In this document: piece after piece, positions 55,061 to 64,000 of the stretch | How positions within the stretch are numbered: the first letter of the stretch is position 1 | How the letters are laid out: the number at the start of each line of letters is the position of its first letter | Assembly (NCBI GenBank): GCA_035478775.1 | Contig: DATIJG010000008.1 | Coordinates: 56,354 to 120,353 of the forward strand | DNA length: 64,000 bases | Origin: Candidatus Saccharimonadales bacterium | GTDB lineage: Bacteria; Patescibacteriota; Saccharimonadia; Saccharimonadales; UBA4665 | Direction: 5' to 3' | Made by a program: the position numbers and the translations under genes | The notes under the pieces: generated by a model | Seen by the model: the letters and a program-made list of their open reading frames with translations, nothing else | What the model was told of the DNA's origin: nothing | The model's database searches: none

Positions 55061-55582
55061 ATGGCTTTATCAAAAGACCAAAAGAACCAAGTTGTTTCCG
55101 AAATTGCTGAAGCCCTGACAAGCTCAAAAATGACCGTCGTAGCTGCCTATCAAGGCACTACCGTTAAGGCCATCCAACAATTGCGCCGCAATGCCCGCGA
55201 AAACGGCACTAAAGTACGCGTTGTTAAAAATCGGCTTGTCATTCAAGCTTTGCAACAAGTAAACAACTTGAAGAACGTCGACACCAATGCCTTGAACGGC
55301 CAACTTTTGTACGCTTTTAACAGCGAAGACGAAGTTGCGCCAGCCCAAAGCTTGGCTGCGTTCGCAAAGACCAACCCAACAATTGAATTTGTTGGTGCCA
55401 TCAGCGCCGAAGGCAAATTCTTGTCTGCCGACGACGTAAAAGCCCTGGCAACATTGCCAGGCAAAGAGCAACTTATCGCTCAAGTTATCAACACCTTGCT
55501 TTCACCAGTCAACGACGTTACCAACGCGCTTTCGGGCAACTTGCACGCGCTGCTTGACGGCATTGAAGCCAAAGCACAGTAA
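55061..55582 (+). CDS. rplJ: 50S ribosomal protein L10
   Basis: 173 aa with a typical L10 N-terminus (MALSKDQKNQVVSEIAEAL...). Immediately upstream of rplL. Confidence 0.93.
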   Translation: MALSKDQKNQVVSEIAEALTSSKMTVVAAYQGTTVKAIQQLRRNARENGTKVRVVKNRLVIQALQQVNNLKNVDTNALNGQLLYAFNSEDEVAPAQSLAAFAKTNPTIEFVGAISAEGKFLSADDVKALATLPGKEQLIAQVINTLLSPVNDVTNALSGNLHALLDGIEAKAQ

Positions 55583-55615
55583 TTTAGCACACACATTAAG
55601 AAGGGATCTACCATC

Positions 55616-55990
55616 ATGGCTGATTTGAAAAAATTCGCAGAACAGCTTACAAGCTTGACTGTACTCGAAGTAAACGAACTCAAGAACATCCTTAAGGACG
55701 AATACGGCATCGAGCCAGCCGCCGCAGCTGTTGCTGTTGCAGCTGCTCCTGCTGAAGGCGCTGCTGCCGCTGAAGAAAAGAGCGAATTCGACGTTATCCT
55801 TAAAGACGCCGGCGCTCAAAAAGTTGCTGTCATTAAGGCTGTAAAAGACCTCACCGGCCTTGGCCTTGGTGAAGCAAAAGCTGTCGTTGACGGCGCTCCA
55901 AAAGCTGTGCTTGAAGGCGCTAAAAAAGACGACGCTGAAGCTGCCAAGAAAGCTCTTGAAGCCGCTGGCGCTACTGTTGAATTGGCCTAA
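55616..55990 (+). CDS. rplL: 50S ribosomal protein L7/L12
   Basis: Ala-rich hinge, then [33 protein letters not shown]. Confidence 0.97.
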   Translation: MADLKKFAEQLTSLTVLEVNELKNILKDEYGIEPAAAAVAVAAAPAEGAAAAEEKSEFDVILKDAGAQKVAVIKAVKDLTGLGLGEAKAVVDGAPKAVLEGAKKDDAEAAKKALEAAGATVELA

Positions 55991-56030
55991 CCGGTTCAAA
56001 ACACCGGTTATCTTCGGCCGACGTTATACC

Positions 56031-56068
56031 AAATACCCGCTTGACACATCAGGCGGGTATTTATTTTC
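56031..56068 (+). terminator. Intrinsic terminator after rplL
   Basis: AATACCCGC-ttgacacatcag-GCGGGTATT followed by TATTTTCT. A weaker hairpin AACCGGT/ACCGGTT lies just upstream. Confidence 0.75.
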
Positions 56069-56108
56069 TACAATTTTACAGATGTAGCCAATGTGATATG
56101 GTAAAAAA

Positions 56109-58250
56109 ATGAGTTACCCCGCTGGCGAACATAATTCATTCCTAATAGGCGAAGCGCCGTCTTTGGAGGTTAGCCAAGCCCGTTTGCAAGCAGCGCTCCC
56201 ACTTCCTCGCGAAATTATAAGCGCATATGGGCCAGCCCTAACGCGAGCATACGCACTGGGTGACCCGGGGTTTGACAGGAAGGAAGCCAACGACCTGCAA
56301 TGGTGGGTATCAAAGAGCGTAGACGAACTCACTATAAGCACCTCAGCTCTCATCCAAACCGCCGAGCCTGCCGGAAGTCTGTCCTTTTTCTTGGCCGCGC
56401 CAAACCTTGAGGTGTACACGGAAATATATCGCAACACGCAGCAATCTTCCATAGACGGCATCAATGCTCACGGCGTCCAGGCTCATTTATATAGTCTTGA
56501 GCATATTTTTTACTATGGCCAAAGCCCGGAACCGGCATACGACACCGTCCAGGGAAGCGGCATTTTACGACTCACAGCAGATGCAACCAACCAGACATAC
56601 GAAAGGCTGGTAGAGCAAGGTTTAATTGATACGAGTGCACGGCGACTAAGCAGACGGTTCGGGATTATGGAGCGGACAGCCCAGCTTGCCATGATTGAAC
56701 TGCTCGCCCGAGACCTCGATATAGTACGTATAATAAACGAGAAGTGGCATGATATTGCAAAGCTTACACTCCGAACATTGCTAGAAATAGACGGCAAACC
56801 GCCAACTATCTATAATCGTTTGGACGCAGTTAAGCGCATTGGCAGTGAGTTGCAAGAGCATGGCGAAAACGAAGAGCATCCTATTATAAAGCAAGCTATC
56901 GGTAACATTGTTACGCATGCCGCCGTAATTGCCAGTTCGGTTGACCGGCGTATGGATTACTTTGCAACCATCTACGACGCATTCAGGTATAAGCCGCCTT
57001 TTTCAAAATTATTAGAAGAATCACAGGGGAGCGGCCATTTGCGGCCAGCTGAAACACCCGCCAAAGCAGTTTCAGAGGCCGAGAAGCAGCGAGAACTGGA
57101 TCTGAAAGCCGAGCAAGAGCAGCGGAAGTTTGAGCAACGCGTCGCAGCCGAACGCCGATTACAGGAAATATTGGCAGGCGCCCCTTTATACCGCAATTTT
57201 ATAGAAGCCTTCAACAAGCCATGGTCCATCACTAATAAGGAATTTAAAAACGGCGGTTACGAATTCATACGGCAGGCGCTTACGGGCAATCATGGAAAGT
57301 TTCTACCGACACCCGAGACCACATTCACGAAAACTGACGCCCGGTACATTATCGGTTTCATTGCCCAATTGAAGGGTATGTTTAGCGGCGGTACGCTAGA
57401 GCCGATAGGTCGTTTCTTAGAGCACAGCTGCCGCGAGGAACGCAGCCGCGCCAATGAGATCAGGGATATCAACAACATTCTGCGCCGCTATAAGCCGGAT
57501 ACAGAGCCGCTAGAACCACTTCGCAAACTCACTGCCTACACCCAAACACTTGCTAAAAGTTGGCAATTATTTGAGCCGATGATACGGGAGCTGTGGCCGC
57601 AAAACGGCGCTGACCTCGCCGAGAAGTTACAGGCTTTGTTTACTTTGGTCCACCCGGAATTCACCCAAACTAGCTCGCCCGCCGGCAATGAACTGCTAGT
57701 ATCTGAAGAACCTGAGGCAACCAACGACGCGGATAAGGCAGAAGCCCAGGCTAAAGAGGACCTTGAAGAACTTATCGCCCAGGCCGAGGAACTGGATTTA
57801 GTCGTTTTCCCAGATAAGCCAACAGATAAAGAAATTATGCGGGTACTTGGTGGGCATGGCATAAAAGCCGGCAGCCTCACCCCTAAAAGGCTCGAGCGGC
57901 TCCGTGATTTCTTACGGCTTCGTGAGGTAACCGACAATTGCAAATTCTATGTCTCGCGGACTGGCGTCAAGCGTTCGCGCCGCCAATATTTCGTTTTGAG
58001 GTTCACAATTGAGGGCAAACAGTACGCACTTGCCGAAAGCCTTGAACCTGGCCGTGCCAGCTATGCGCTTGCAGAACATCTTGCTGAAGGCACAATTATC
58101 GAACTACTCAAATCGTACAAAGAAGAGGCGCGCGCCCTGGGAGCACGTCAAATTAACCATGAGCCCGACGATACACGGCACCACGAGAAACTGCTAAATG
58201 CGGTATTGACTATGCATGAGGAAACGAAAGGCCAAGCAGATGCGCATTAG
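56109..58250 (+). CDS. Large orphan protein (713 aa)
   Basis: Uninterrupted ORF. Central charged coiled-coil-like stretch (EKQRELDLKAEQEQRKFEQRVAAERRLQE). No recognisable catalytic motif. Confidence 0.55.
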   Translation: MSYPAGEHNSFLIGEAPSLEVSQARLQAALPLPREIISAYGPALTRAYALGDPGFDRKEANDLQWWVSKSVDELTISTSALIQTAEPAGSLSFFLAAPNLEVYTEIYRNTQQSSIDGINAHGVQAHLYSLEHIFYYGQSPEPAYDTVQGSGILRLTADATNQTYERLVEQGLIDTSARRLSRRFGIMERTAQLAMIELLARDLDIVRIINEKWHDIAKLTLRTLLEIDGKPPTIYNRLDAVKRIGSELQEHGENEEHPIIKQAIGNIVTHAAVIASSVDRRMDYFATIYDAFRYKPPFSKLLEESQGSGHLRPAETPAKAVSEAEKQRELDLKAEQEQRKFEQRVAAERRLQEILAGAPLYRNFIEAFNKPWSITNKEFKNGGYEFIRQALTGNHGKFLPTPETTFTKTDARYIIGFIAQLKGMFSGGTLEPIGRFLEHSCREERSRANEIRDINNILRRYKPDTEPLEPLRKLTAYTQTLAKSWQLFEPMIRELWPQNGADLAEKLQALFTLVHPEFTQTSSPAGNELLVSEEPEATNDADKAEAQAKEDLEELIAQAEELDLVVFPDKPTDKEIMRVLGGHGIKAGSLTPKRLERLRDFLRLREVTDNCKFYVSRTGVKRSRRQYFVLRFTIEGKQYALAESLEPGRASYALAEHLAEGTIIELLKSYKEEARALGARQINHEPDDTRHHEKLLNAVLTMHEETKGQADAH

Positions 58251-58379
58251 GCGTCCCGTTAGTTTTCCACAGAAGCACGCAATAGTTTTGACTTGACTAA
58301 ATAAACGTGATAGCTTTAAAAGTAAGTGTATCGAAACAAACACTTCTACATCTGAGAGACACAAGAGAGAAACACATTC

Positions 58380-58889
58380 ATGGCAGACATCCCAGAAAAA
58401 CAAATCAAGCGCCTTAGGGCACTCATTCAAGAGGCGGAAACCAACCTTGCGGCAGCGAACGAGCTGCTTATTAGTCTTGTAGGGGACGACTCAGGCGTAG
58501 CGCCAGTTATTCAAGAAGAAAACTTAGGCAAGATTATCGAAGGCGTATTTGACGGTCAAAATATGGTCGGTTCCGACGGCAAAATGTATCCGGTACCTGC
58601 AAACTATGCCAGCAAGTCAAAACTCGTGCAAGGCGATATCCTTAAGCTTACTATCACCGAAGATGGCACCTTTTTGTATAAGCAAATCGGGCCGATTCCG
58701 CGCAAGCAAATGGTTGGTACACTTAAGCTCGAAAATGGCCACTACTTCGTTGATGTTGCTGGCCACGACTATCGTGTGCTGCTCGCCAGCGTAACGTACT
58801 TTAAGGCAAAGCCAGGCGATCAAGTCAGCGTTAACGTTCCCGAAGATGATACCGCGGCCGAATGGGCTGCACTCGAAGCCGCTCTGTAA
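58380..58889 (+). CDS. Hypothetical protein (169 aa)
   Basis: ORF followed by an intrinsic terminator. Possible small beta-barrel repeats (GDILKLTI, GDQVSVNV). Confidence 0.5.
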   Translation: MADIPEKQIKRLRALIQEAETNLAAANELLISLVGDDSGVAPVIQEENLGKIIEGVFDGQNMVGSDGKMYPVPANYASKSKLVQGDILKLTITEDGTFLYKQIGPIPRKQMVGTLKLENGHYFVDVAGHDYRVLLASVTYFKAKPGDQVSVNVPEDDTAAEWAALEAAL

Positions 58890-58905
58890 AACGAGCGGTT
58901 TTTTA
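58879..58905 (+). terminator. Intrinsic terminator
   Basis: CCGCTC-tgtaaaac-GAGCGG followed by TTTTTTA. The stem overlaps the stop codon. Confidence 0.65.
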
Positions 58906-59024
58906 TTTCCGAAAGGTTCTTAGGTTCTTGCTGCACGCCGGACTGCAGCCGTATACATCGAGCCATTTTTAATCACGCTACAAAATACAACGTCGCGGCC
59001 AGCAACAAGCATGTATAATACAAG

Positions 59025-60734
59025 GTGATGGGGCAGGCGTTATACCGAACACACCGGTCGAGAAAGCTTAGTGAGGTTGTTGGCCAAGAACATATAACCG
59101 ACACTCTGACGGCGGCTTTAAAAAAGGGCTTGATTAGCCATGCTTACCTTTTTACCGGCCCTCACGGCGTGGGCAAAACCAGCGTCGCCCGCATTTTGGC
59201 GCACGAAATCAATCAGTTGCCGTACTCAGACGATTCAATCCATTTAGATATTATCGAAATCGATGCTGCCAGCAACCGTCGCATCGATGAAATCCGCGAT
59301 CTGCGCGAGAAAGTCCACTTGGCGCCAACCAGTGCTAAATATAAAGTATACATCATCGACGAAGTGCACATGCTCACCCGCGAAGCCTTCAACGCCTTAC
59401 TTAAAACGCTAGAGGAGCCGCCAGCCCACGTCGTGTTTATTTTGGCAACCACCGAAGCGCACAAACTGCCCGAAACTATTATCAGCCGCACGCAGCGTTT
59501 TACATTCCGGCCTATTAGTGTCGAAAAAGTCGTAGGGCATTTGCGCGAAATCGCCAGCAAAGAAAAGTTTGCAATTACCGATGACGCCTTAAAACTTATT
59601 GCCGAACACGGCGGCGGCACTTTCCGCGACAGCATTAGCGTGCTCGACCAAATGCGCAGTTTGGGCCGCGAAATAACCGCCGCAGATGTTGCCAGCACCC
59701 TTGGCGTGGCATCGGTTGAGCTTATTCAAAGCCTGTTTACGGCCATACAAAACCATGACCCCTACACGCTTACCAGCATACTAACGCAGCTGCAAAACCA
59801 GGGCGCTGAACCGGCACAGGTTGCCAAACAATTTGGCGAGCTCTTGCGCGAACGATTTATCGCCAACGAGCATAAATTGACCCACACGCAAACCATACAC
59901 TTGCTCACTACATTGCTTGACGTGCCCAACGCCACCGACCCTCGGGTATTTTTGCAAATAACACTATTAGACACTGCCTTAAGTAACCGTCCTTCTAGCG
60001 TTAAAGAAGCAGAGGTGCCGCAGCCAAGCACTCAGGCTACACCAAGCGCACCTAAAGCCACACACACTAGCAAAAGACCCGCCGCCATGAAGACAACAAG
60101 CGTTGCCAGCACTGTTACAGAGGCGCTGCCGCAAAATAACGCGGTAGTAGTTAGTACAAATGCGGTAAAACCGACCGAAAAACCTACGACTGCCGCAACA
60201 AAAGACACTACAAAAGATACCGTGGAAAAATCGGTGCAGACCACCGATACCGAAACCAGCAAAGACCCTCCACAACCAAGCCAAAACGATGAGGCCCTGA
60301 GCGCAGATATTTGGCCGCAAGTTTTGGCGGCAATCAAAAAAAGCCATAGTACGTTATACAGCATCTTGCGTATGGCTGCTCCAAGCTTTGAGCCGGGCAA
60401 GATAACCCTTGAAATTGGTTTCCCGTTCCACCAAAAACGTCTTAATGAAACACACAACAAGCAAATTATCGCTGAAACTATCGAAAGTATTACTAGCCAG
60501 CAAGTTGCCATCGCTTGCATTTTAGGCGAGCAGAAGCCGGCACAGCCGCCTCTACCATCAGCCGGTGAAAACGAAGTTGCCCACAACGTACAAATAGCGG
60601 GCGCTGCTGGCCAAGACAGTGAAAAAGGCAAAAGCGAGTTTGACTATTACGTTAACCAGGCCGAAGAGGCCTCGGCCCGTCCACTGGATACAGTCAACAA
60701 CATTTTTGGCGGTGGCGAGCTACTCGGCTCATAA
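59025..60734 (+). CDS. dnaX: DNA polymerase III subunit gamma/tau
   Basis: VVGQEHITDTLTAALKKGLISHAYLFTGPHGVGKTSVARILA, DEVHMLT, SRTQRF. Low-complexity Thr/Pro/Ala linker. Start is GTG 59025 or ATG 59028. Confidence 0.93.
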   Translation: MMGQALYRTHRSRKLSEVVGQEHITDTLTAALKKGLISHAYLFTGPHGVGKTSVARILAHEINQLPYSDDSIHLDIIEIDAASNRRIDEIRDLREKVHLAPTSAKYKVYIIDEVHMLTREAFNALLKTLEEPPAHVVFILATTEAHKLPETIISRTQRFTFRPISVEKVVGHLREIASKEKFAITDDALKLIAEHGGGTFRDSISVLDQMRSLGREITAADVASTLGVASVELIQSLFTAIQNHDPYTLTSILTQLQNQGAEPAQVAKQFGELLRERFIANEHKLTHTQTIHLLTTLLDVPNATDPRVFLQITLLDTALSNRPSSVKEAEVPQPSTQATPSAPKATHTSKRPAAMKTTSVASTVTEALPQNNAVVVSTNAVKPTEKPTTAATKDTTKDTVEKSVQTTDTETSKDPPQPSQNDEALSADIWPQVLAAIKKSHSTLYSILRMAAPSFEPGKITLEIGFPFHQKRLNETHNKQIIAETIESITSQQVAIACILGEQKPAQPPLPSAGENEVAHNVQIAGAAGQDSEKGKSEFDYYVNQAEEASARPLDTVNNIFGGGELLGS

Positions 60735-60737
60735 GTC

Positions 60738-62729
60738 TCATAAGCTATTCTTATATTCTTCTGGAGACAGGTTGGTGTAGGGCATTTGATGATACTTTTC
60801 TTCTGTTAGTAGGAAATCACGGTGGTCGGCAAATAACTGCACTATGGCCTTTGAAAAACCTTGCAAGGTTATCTTTTCCGTAGAGATCAAGCCGTTGTGA
60901 GCAGCGCGCACAATGAGCTGCGCCACAAAACTGACTTTTCCACTACGTCTCGGTCCTGATTCCAATGCATGCGCATGCAGCACTTCTTCTGTAAAGATTG
61001 GAAACAGAAAGCTACGATGCACATTTTCAGGTGTGCCAAACCACTTAGAGATGTCTATAGAGAATTTACTCTTAATCTGTGCGGATACTTTTGAAGCACC
61101 TGCCCGGTTAAGCATAGTATACATGTCGTGGTTGGCCGCAGGAAGCCGCGTACGTTCCTCACGGGTCGACCCAAGATATGGAATATATTGCAGATCGGCA
61201 CCATAGGCAACCAAGCAGTAATTAACAAGTTCGGCTACTTTACCGACATACCATTGATTGTCCAACTGGCCGTAATTATAAGACCGTACATTGCCGAGCA
61301 CTCTGGCCATCGCCTGAAAACTTTTTAAGATGTCATTCTCAGTGGCGAGTTCGCCAGCAGCCCTTAGGGCGAGCAGGCCACTGCTTGCAGACAGCATTGC
61401 GGCATTAACACGGTCTAAAGCAGGTTGTCCACTATCATGTGCAATATTTTGCGCTTCATCACTAGCGCGCAAAACCTGCTTACTGTCGCGAAGAACGACA
61501 CCTAGCTCAATGGTCTTCCAGAGCGAACTTACCAGTTGGTCGTCGTCGGCAATACGCTGCTGCTCAAGAACTTCGGGAGGGATAGACTCGGCCGGAAGAT
61601 ATGGATTGATGAACTTATACAAATTATTTTTCATAAAAAATACATCATGAGGGCGGGCGATAGGCTCTGAAACTACGGTCAGGTTTTCGGGGTCAGGCTC
61701 GACTTTTGGTGCTGGCTGCCGTTCCCCTGGTATAGCGGGCCGAGGCCGAGGCGGCGGGAATTTCGGCAAAGCACGCGGAGGGGTTTTCGGAACACTCGCT
61801 TTAGACCGGCTCGGGAGGCCTAGCACCTTTAAGCGATGTCCGTTTAACTGCGTTATCAGCCGATCCGATAGAGTCGTCAAAATGACATCTTCTGAGCTAC
61901 CTAACGGATAGCCATCAGTTGGTTCACCAGCAATAAGCTGCGCCGTGGCTTCGCCAAGTAGTCCATGAGGCGAAACGGCACCCATCTTTTCCAAAGCTTC
62001 TAGGTCGCCACCATTTTTTATTAAAAAGTTTCCGAGGCTATGTGGGTAAACGAAAGGGCTTTGTCTGATACTGTCTTCTTTGTAGCCAAATACACGCACA
62101 GCCGTCTTGAGCGTCACGTTATCGTCAACCGTATAAATGCCGTGGCTTCCCCCTGGCCACAAAGACTTTCGTTCACGAGGCGACCCCACGAACGGGATAT
62201 TCATAGTGTCTCTTTGGCGGGCGATTAGGGCAAACGTTATGGCTTCCGACACTGCCTTACTCCTTTTGTATTGGCGCGCGTTATCGGCCACAACGCCTGC
62301 CATCATATAATAACTTTGGGTGATGTCGTCAGCTTCAATCTTTTGGCGGTAGCCACGCAGTGCAAGCAACGGAAAGTTTGCTAAGAGCATCTGTGCTCTA
62401 ATTCTACGTTTTACTCCCACACTTTCTTGGGCTGCCCGCATCGTTTCTAAGCGAGCTTGCTCAATTCGCTCATCACGGTGCTCACTTGAATTGTCGTTCA
62501 AGAATTGCTCTACTAAAAACCAGGCGGTATCGGCGGTAAGTACATTATCAGTGCTTACAGGCATAACCAATTCAGTACTGTCAAGTTGTTCGGCTAGTGA
62601 ATAAGGGTTCGGGCCTAGCGGCGCGTTCGTTGAATTCTCAGGTGAGGTCATTTCCATTTCCAAAATTTTACTTTTGTTATTACGTCGTGGTTGGTCGTTG
62701 CCAAAGAAACAGCTTAACAAGCCAGGCAA
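60738..62729 (-). CDS. Large orphan protein (663 aa) built from two homologous ~250-aa halves joined by a Pro-rich linker
   Basis: Internal repeat: LLALRGY..DITQSYYMMAGVVADNARQY..IPFVGSPRERKSLWPGGSHGIYTV versus LLALRAA..DILKSFQAMARVLGNVRSY..IPYLGSTREERTRLPAANHDMYTM. Linker PKTPPRALPKFPPPRPRPAIPGERQPAP. Confidence 0.55.
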   Translation of the reverse strand: MPGLLSCFFGNDQPRRNNKSKILEMEMTSPENSTNAPLGPNPYSLAEQLDSTELVMPVSTDNVLTADTAWFLVEQFLNDNSSEHRDERIEQARLETMRAAQESVGVKRRIRAQMLLANFPLLALRGYRQKIEADDITQSYYMMAGVVADNARQYKRSKAVSEAITFALIARQRDTMNIPFVGSPRERKSLWPGGSHGIYTVDDNVTLKTAVRVFGYKEDSIRQSPFVYPHSLGNFLIKNGGDLEALEKMGAVSPHGLLGEATAQLIAGEPTDGYPLGSSEDVILTTLSDRLITQLNGHRLKVLGLPSRSKASVPKTPPRALPKFPPPRPRPAIPGERQPAPKVEPDPENLTVVSEPIARPHDVFFMKNNLYKFINPYLPAESIPPEVLEQQRIADDDQLVSSLWKTIELGVVLRDSKQVLRASDEAQNIAHDSGQPALDRVNAAMLSASSGLLALRAAGELATENDILKSFQAMARVLGNVRSYNYGQLDNQWYVGKVAELVNYCLVAYGADLQYIPYLGSTREERTRLPAANHDMYTMLNRAGASKVSAQIKSKFSIDISKWFGTPENVHRSFLFPIFTEEVLHAHALESGPRRSGKVSFVAQLIVRAAHNGLISTEKITLQGFSKAIVQLFADHRDFLLTEEKYHQMPYTNLSPEEYKNSL

Positions 62730-62835
62730 AAAATCACAATATTCTTTTTGGCCCTGCCCATAGTATTATGTAGTGAAGGGGAGATCTGGGGCCAAGTGCA
62801 TTACACCAGGCTATGCAAGCATCACCGTTTATTTT

Positions 62836-64000
62836 ATGGACGACTATCAGAATAAAAAACTTCCGGCACCGAGCAACTCCGAAGCAGAGGCCAGTTTGCT
62901 TGGCGCTATCCTTATTGATAATGACGCGCTCGTAAAAATTGCCGATTCCATTACCGTTAATGATTTTTTTGACCAAAAACACCAGCGCATTTACGAAGCG
63001 GTCAGCCAGCTATACGAAAAGCGCAAGCCGGTTGACGTGCTTACGCTCGCCGACCAACTAAAGGGCAATGGCTTTTTAGATATGGTTGGCGGCGCGACGT
63101 ACCTCACCGAGCTTACCAACTTCGTGCCAACTACGGCACATGTTGAGCAATACGCCGATATTGTAGCCCAAAAAGCCTTGCGGCGGCGGCTTATCCAGGC
63201 CAGCCAGGAAATGACGCAGCTCAGTTATGACGAAACCAAAAGTATCAAAGACTTGGTAGAAAACGCCGAAGCCCGCTTGTTCGAAGTCAGCAAACAGCAC
63301 GTTAAACAAAGTGTGATAAGCATTGAAAACATTTTAGCCGAAAGTTTTGAACGCTTAGATGACCTGCACCGCGACCACGGCAAAGTGCGTGGTATTCCCA
63401 CCGGTTTTGCAAGCATGGACAACATCCTGGCCGGTTTACAGCGTTCCGATTTATTTGTTTTGGCAGCCCGCCCAAGCATGGGTAAGACCGCACTTTCACT
63501 TAACCTGGCACACAACGTAGCAGTGCAAGCTAAAGAGCCAGTACTAATATTCAGCCTAGAAATGAGTAAAGAACAGCTTGTTGACCGCTTGCTTTCAATG
63601 GAATCCGGCGTAGACGCCTGGGCACTACGCACCGGCAACCTCACCGACAGCGACTTTGAAAAGATCAGCCTGGCGATGGGCACGTTAAGCGAAGCCAAGA
63701 TTTACTTCGATGACACGCCCGGCATTACCGTTAGCGACCTGCGCACGAAGGCACGGCGCGAGGCCCACAAACAGCCGCTTGGGCTTATCATCGTCGACTA
63801 CTTACAGCTTATGAGCGGTGGCAGCAAGTTTGGCGGCAGCGATAACCGCACGCAGGAAATTTCCGAGATTTCACGCGGACTAAAAAGTATCGCCCGTGAG
63901 CTCAACGTGCCGTTAATCGCCTTAAGCCAGCTCAGCCGCTCGGTAGAAAGCCGCAAGCCGCAAATTCCGCAGTTGGCCGACTTGCGTGAATCAGGCTCTA
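62836..64000 (+). CDS. dnaB: Replicative DNA helicase DnaB, 3' end runs off the window
   Basis: Absent from the ORF track. My translation reads MDDYQNKKLPAPSNSEAEASLLGAIL..., Walker A ARPSMGKTA, IIVDYLQLM, SQLSRSVESR. Confidence 0.93.
   Translation, partial: MDDYQNKKLPAPSNSEAEASLLGAILIDNDALVKIADSITVNDFFDQKHQRIYEAVSQLYEKRKPVDVLTLADQLKGNGFLDMVGGATYLTELTNFVPTTAHVEQYADIVAQKALRRRLIQASQEMTQLSYDETKSIKDLVENAEARLFEVSKQHVKQSVISIENILAESFERLDDLHRDHGKVRGIPTGFASMDNILAGLQRSDLFVLAARPSMGKTALSLNLAHNVAVQAKEPVLIFSLEMSKEQLVDRLLSMESGVDAWALRTGNLTDSDFEKISLAMGTLSEAKIYFDDTPGITVSDLRTKARREAHKQPLGLIIVDYLQLMSGGSKFGGSDNRTQEISEISRGLKSIARELNVPLIALSQLSRSVESRKPQIPQLADLRESGS

Noticed and set aside
60336-60342. Calling the dnaX A-run a canonical -1 PRF heptamer.
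   Set aside because: In the zero frame it is C AAA AAA AGC, which is not X XXY YYZ, and the downstream hairpin has almost no spacer. Reported only as a candidate (P-site or transcriptional slippage).

Overview
64-kb bacterial chromosomal window that reads cleanly under the standard code (11). I support about 60 protein genes and one tRNA (Trp-CCA). I found no rRNA, CRISPR array, integrase or transposase. All family calls come from motifs I could read in the translations; no BLAST or HMM search was possible.

Gene content suggests a reduced genome, possibly Patescibacteria/Saccharibacteria-like. This is inference only. The evidence is secE-nusG-rplK-rplA, rplJ-rplL, dnaX, dnaB, a thyA/DHFR/tmk/dCMP-deaminase set, fused nucleotide-metabolism enzymes and many large orphan proteins.

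The window splits at tRNA-Trp (28436..28511, minus strand).

Left of the tRNA (1-28.4 kb) is an accessory mosaic of mostly minus-strand cassettes. The cassettes are separated by same-orientation, degenerate copies of a tRNA 3' end plus its downstream flank. This part holds:
- an FxsA/FxsB-type radical SAM RiPP locus
- a lasso-like locus (asparagine-synthetase homolog plus an 84-aa acidic peptide whose C-terminus fits the lasso core rule)
- a PadR-ABC operon and efflux/regulator cassettes
- a nucleotide/DNA-base-processing cassette (Nudix, NYN, NDT/TIR-like-RHH fusion, HhH glycosylase)
- decayed gene fragments
- a dioxygenase-SDR-FolE2-orphan cluster

Right of the tRNA (28.7-64 kb) is mostly core genes with large orphans interspersed. 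rplKA is separated from rplJL by 17.9 kb. That gap contains a glutamine-synthetase-like ligase / transglutaminase-like / M20 peptidase trio, a HIT-dCMP-deaminase fusion and a Tmk fusion with degenerate ThyX-like repeats. dnaX carries an A7 run with an immediate -1-frame stop.

Two edge-truncated genes are missing from the ORF track: an APH-type kinase at 1..790 (minus strand) and dnaB at 62836..64000 (plus strand).
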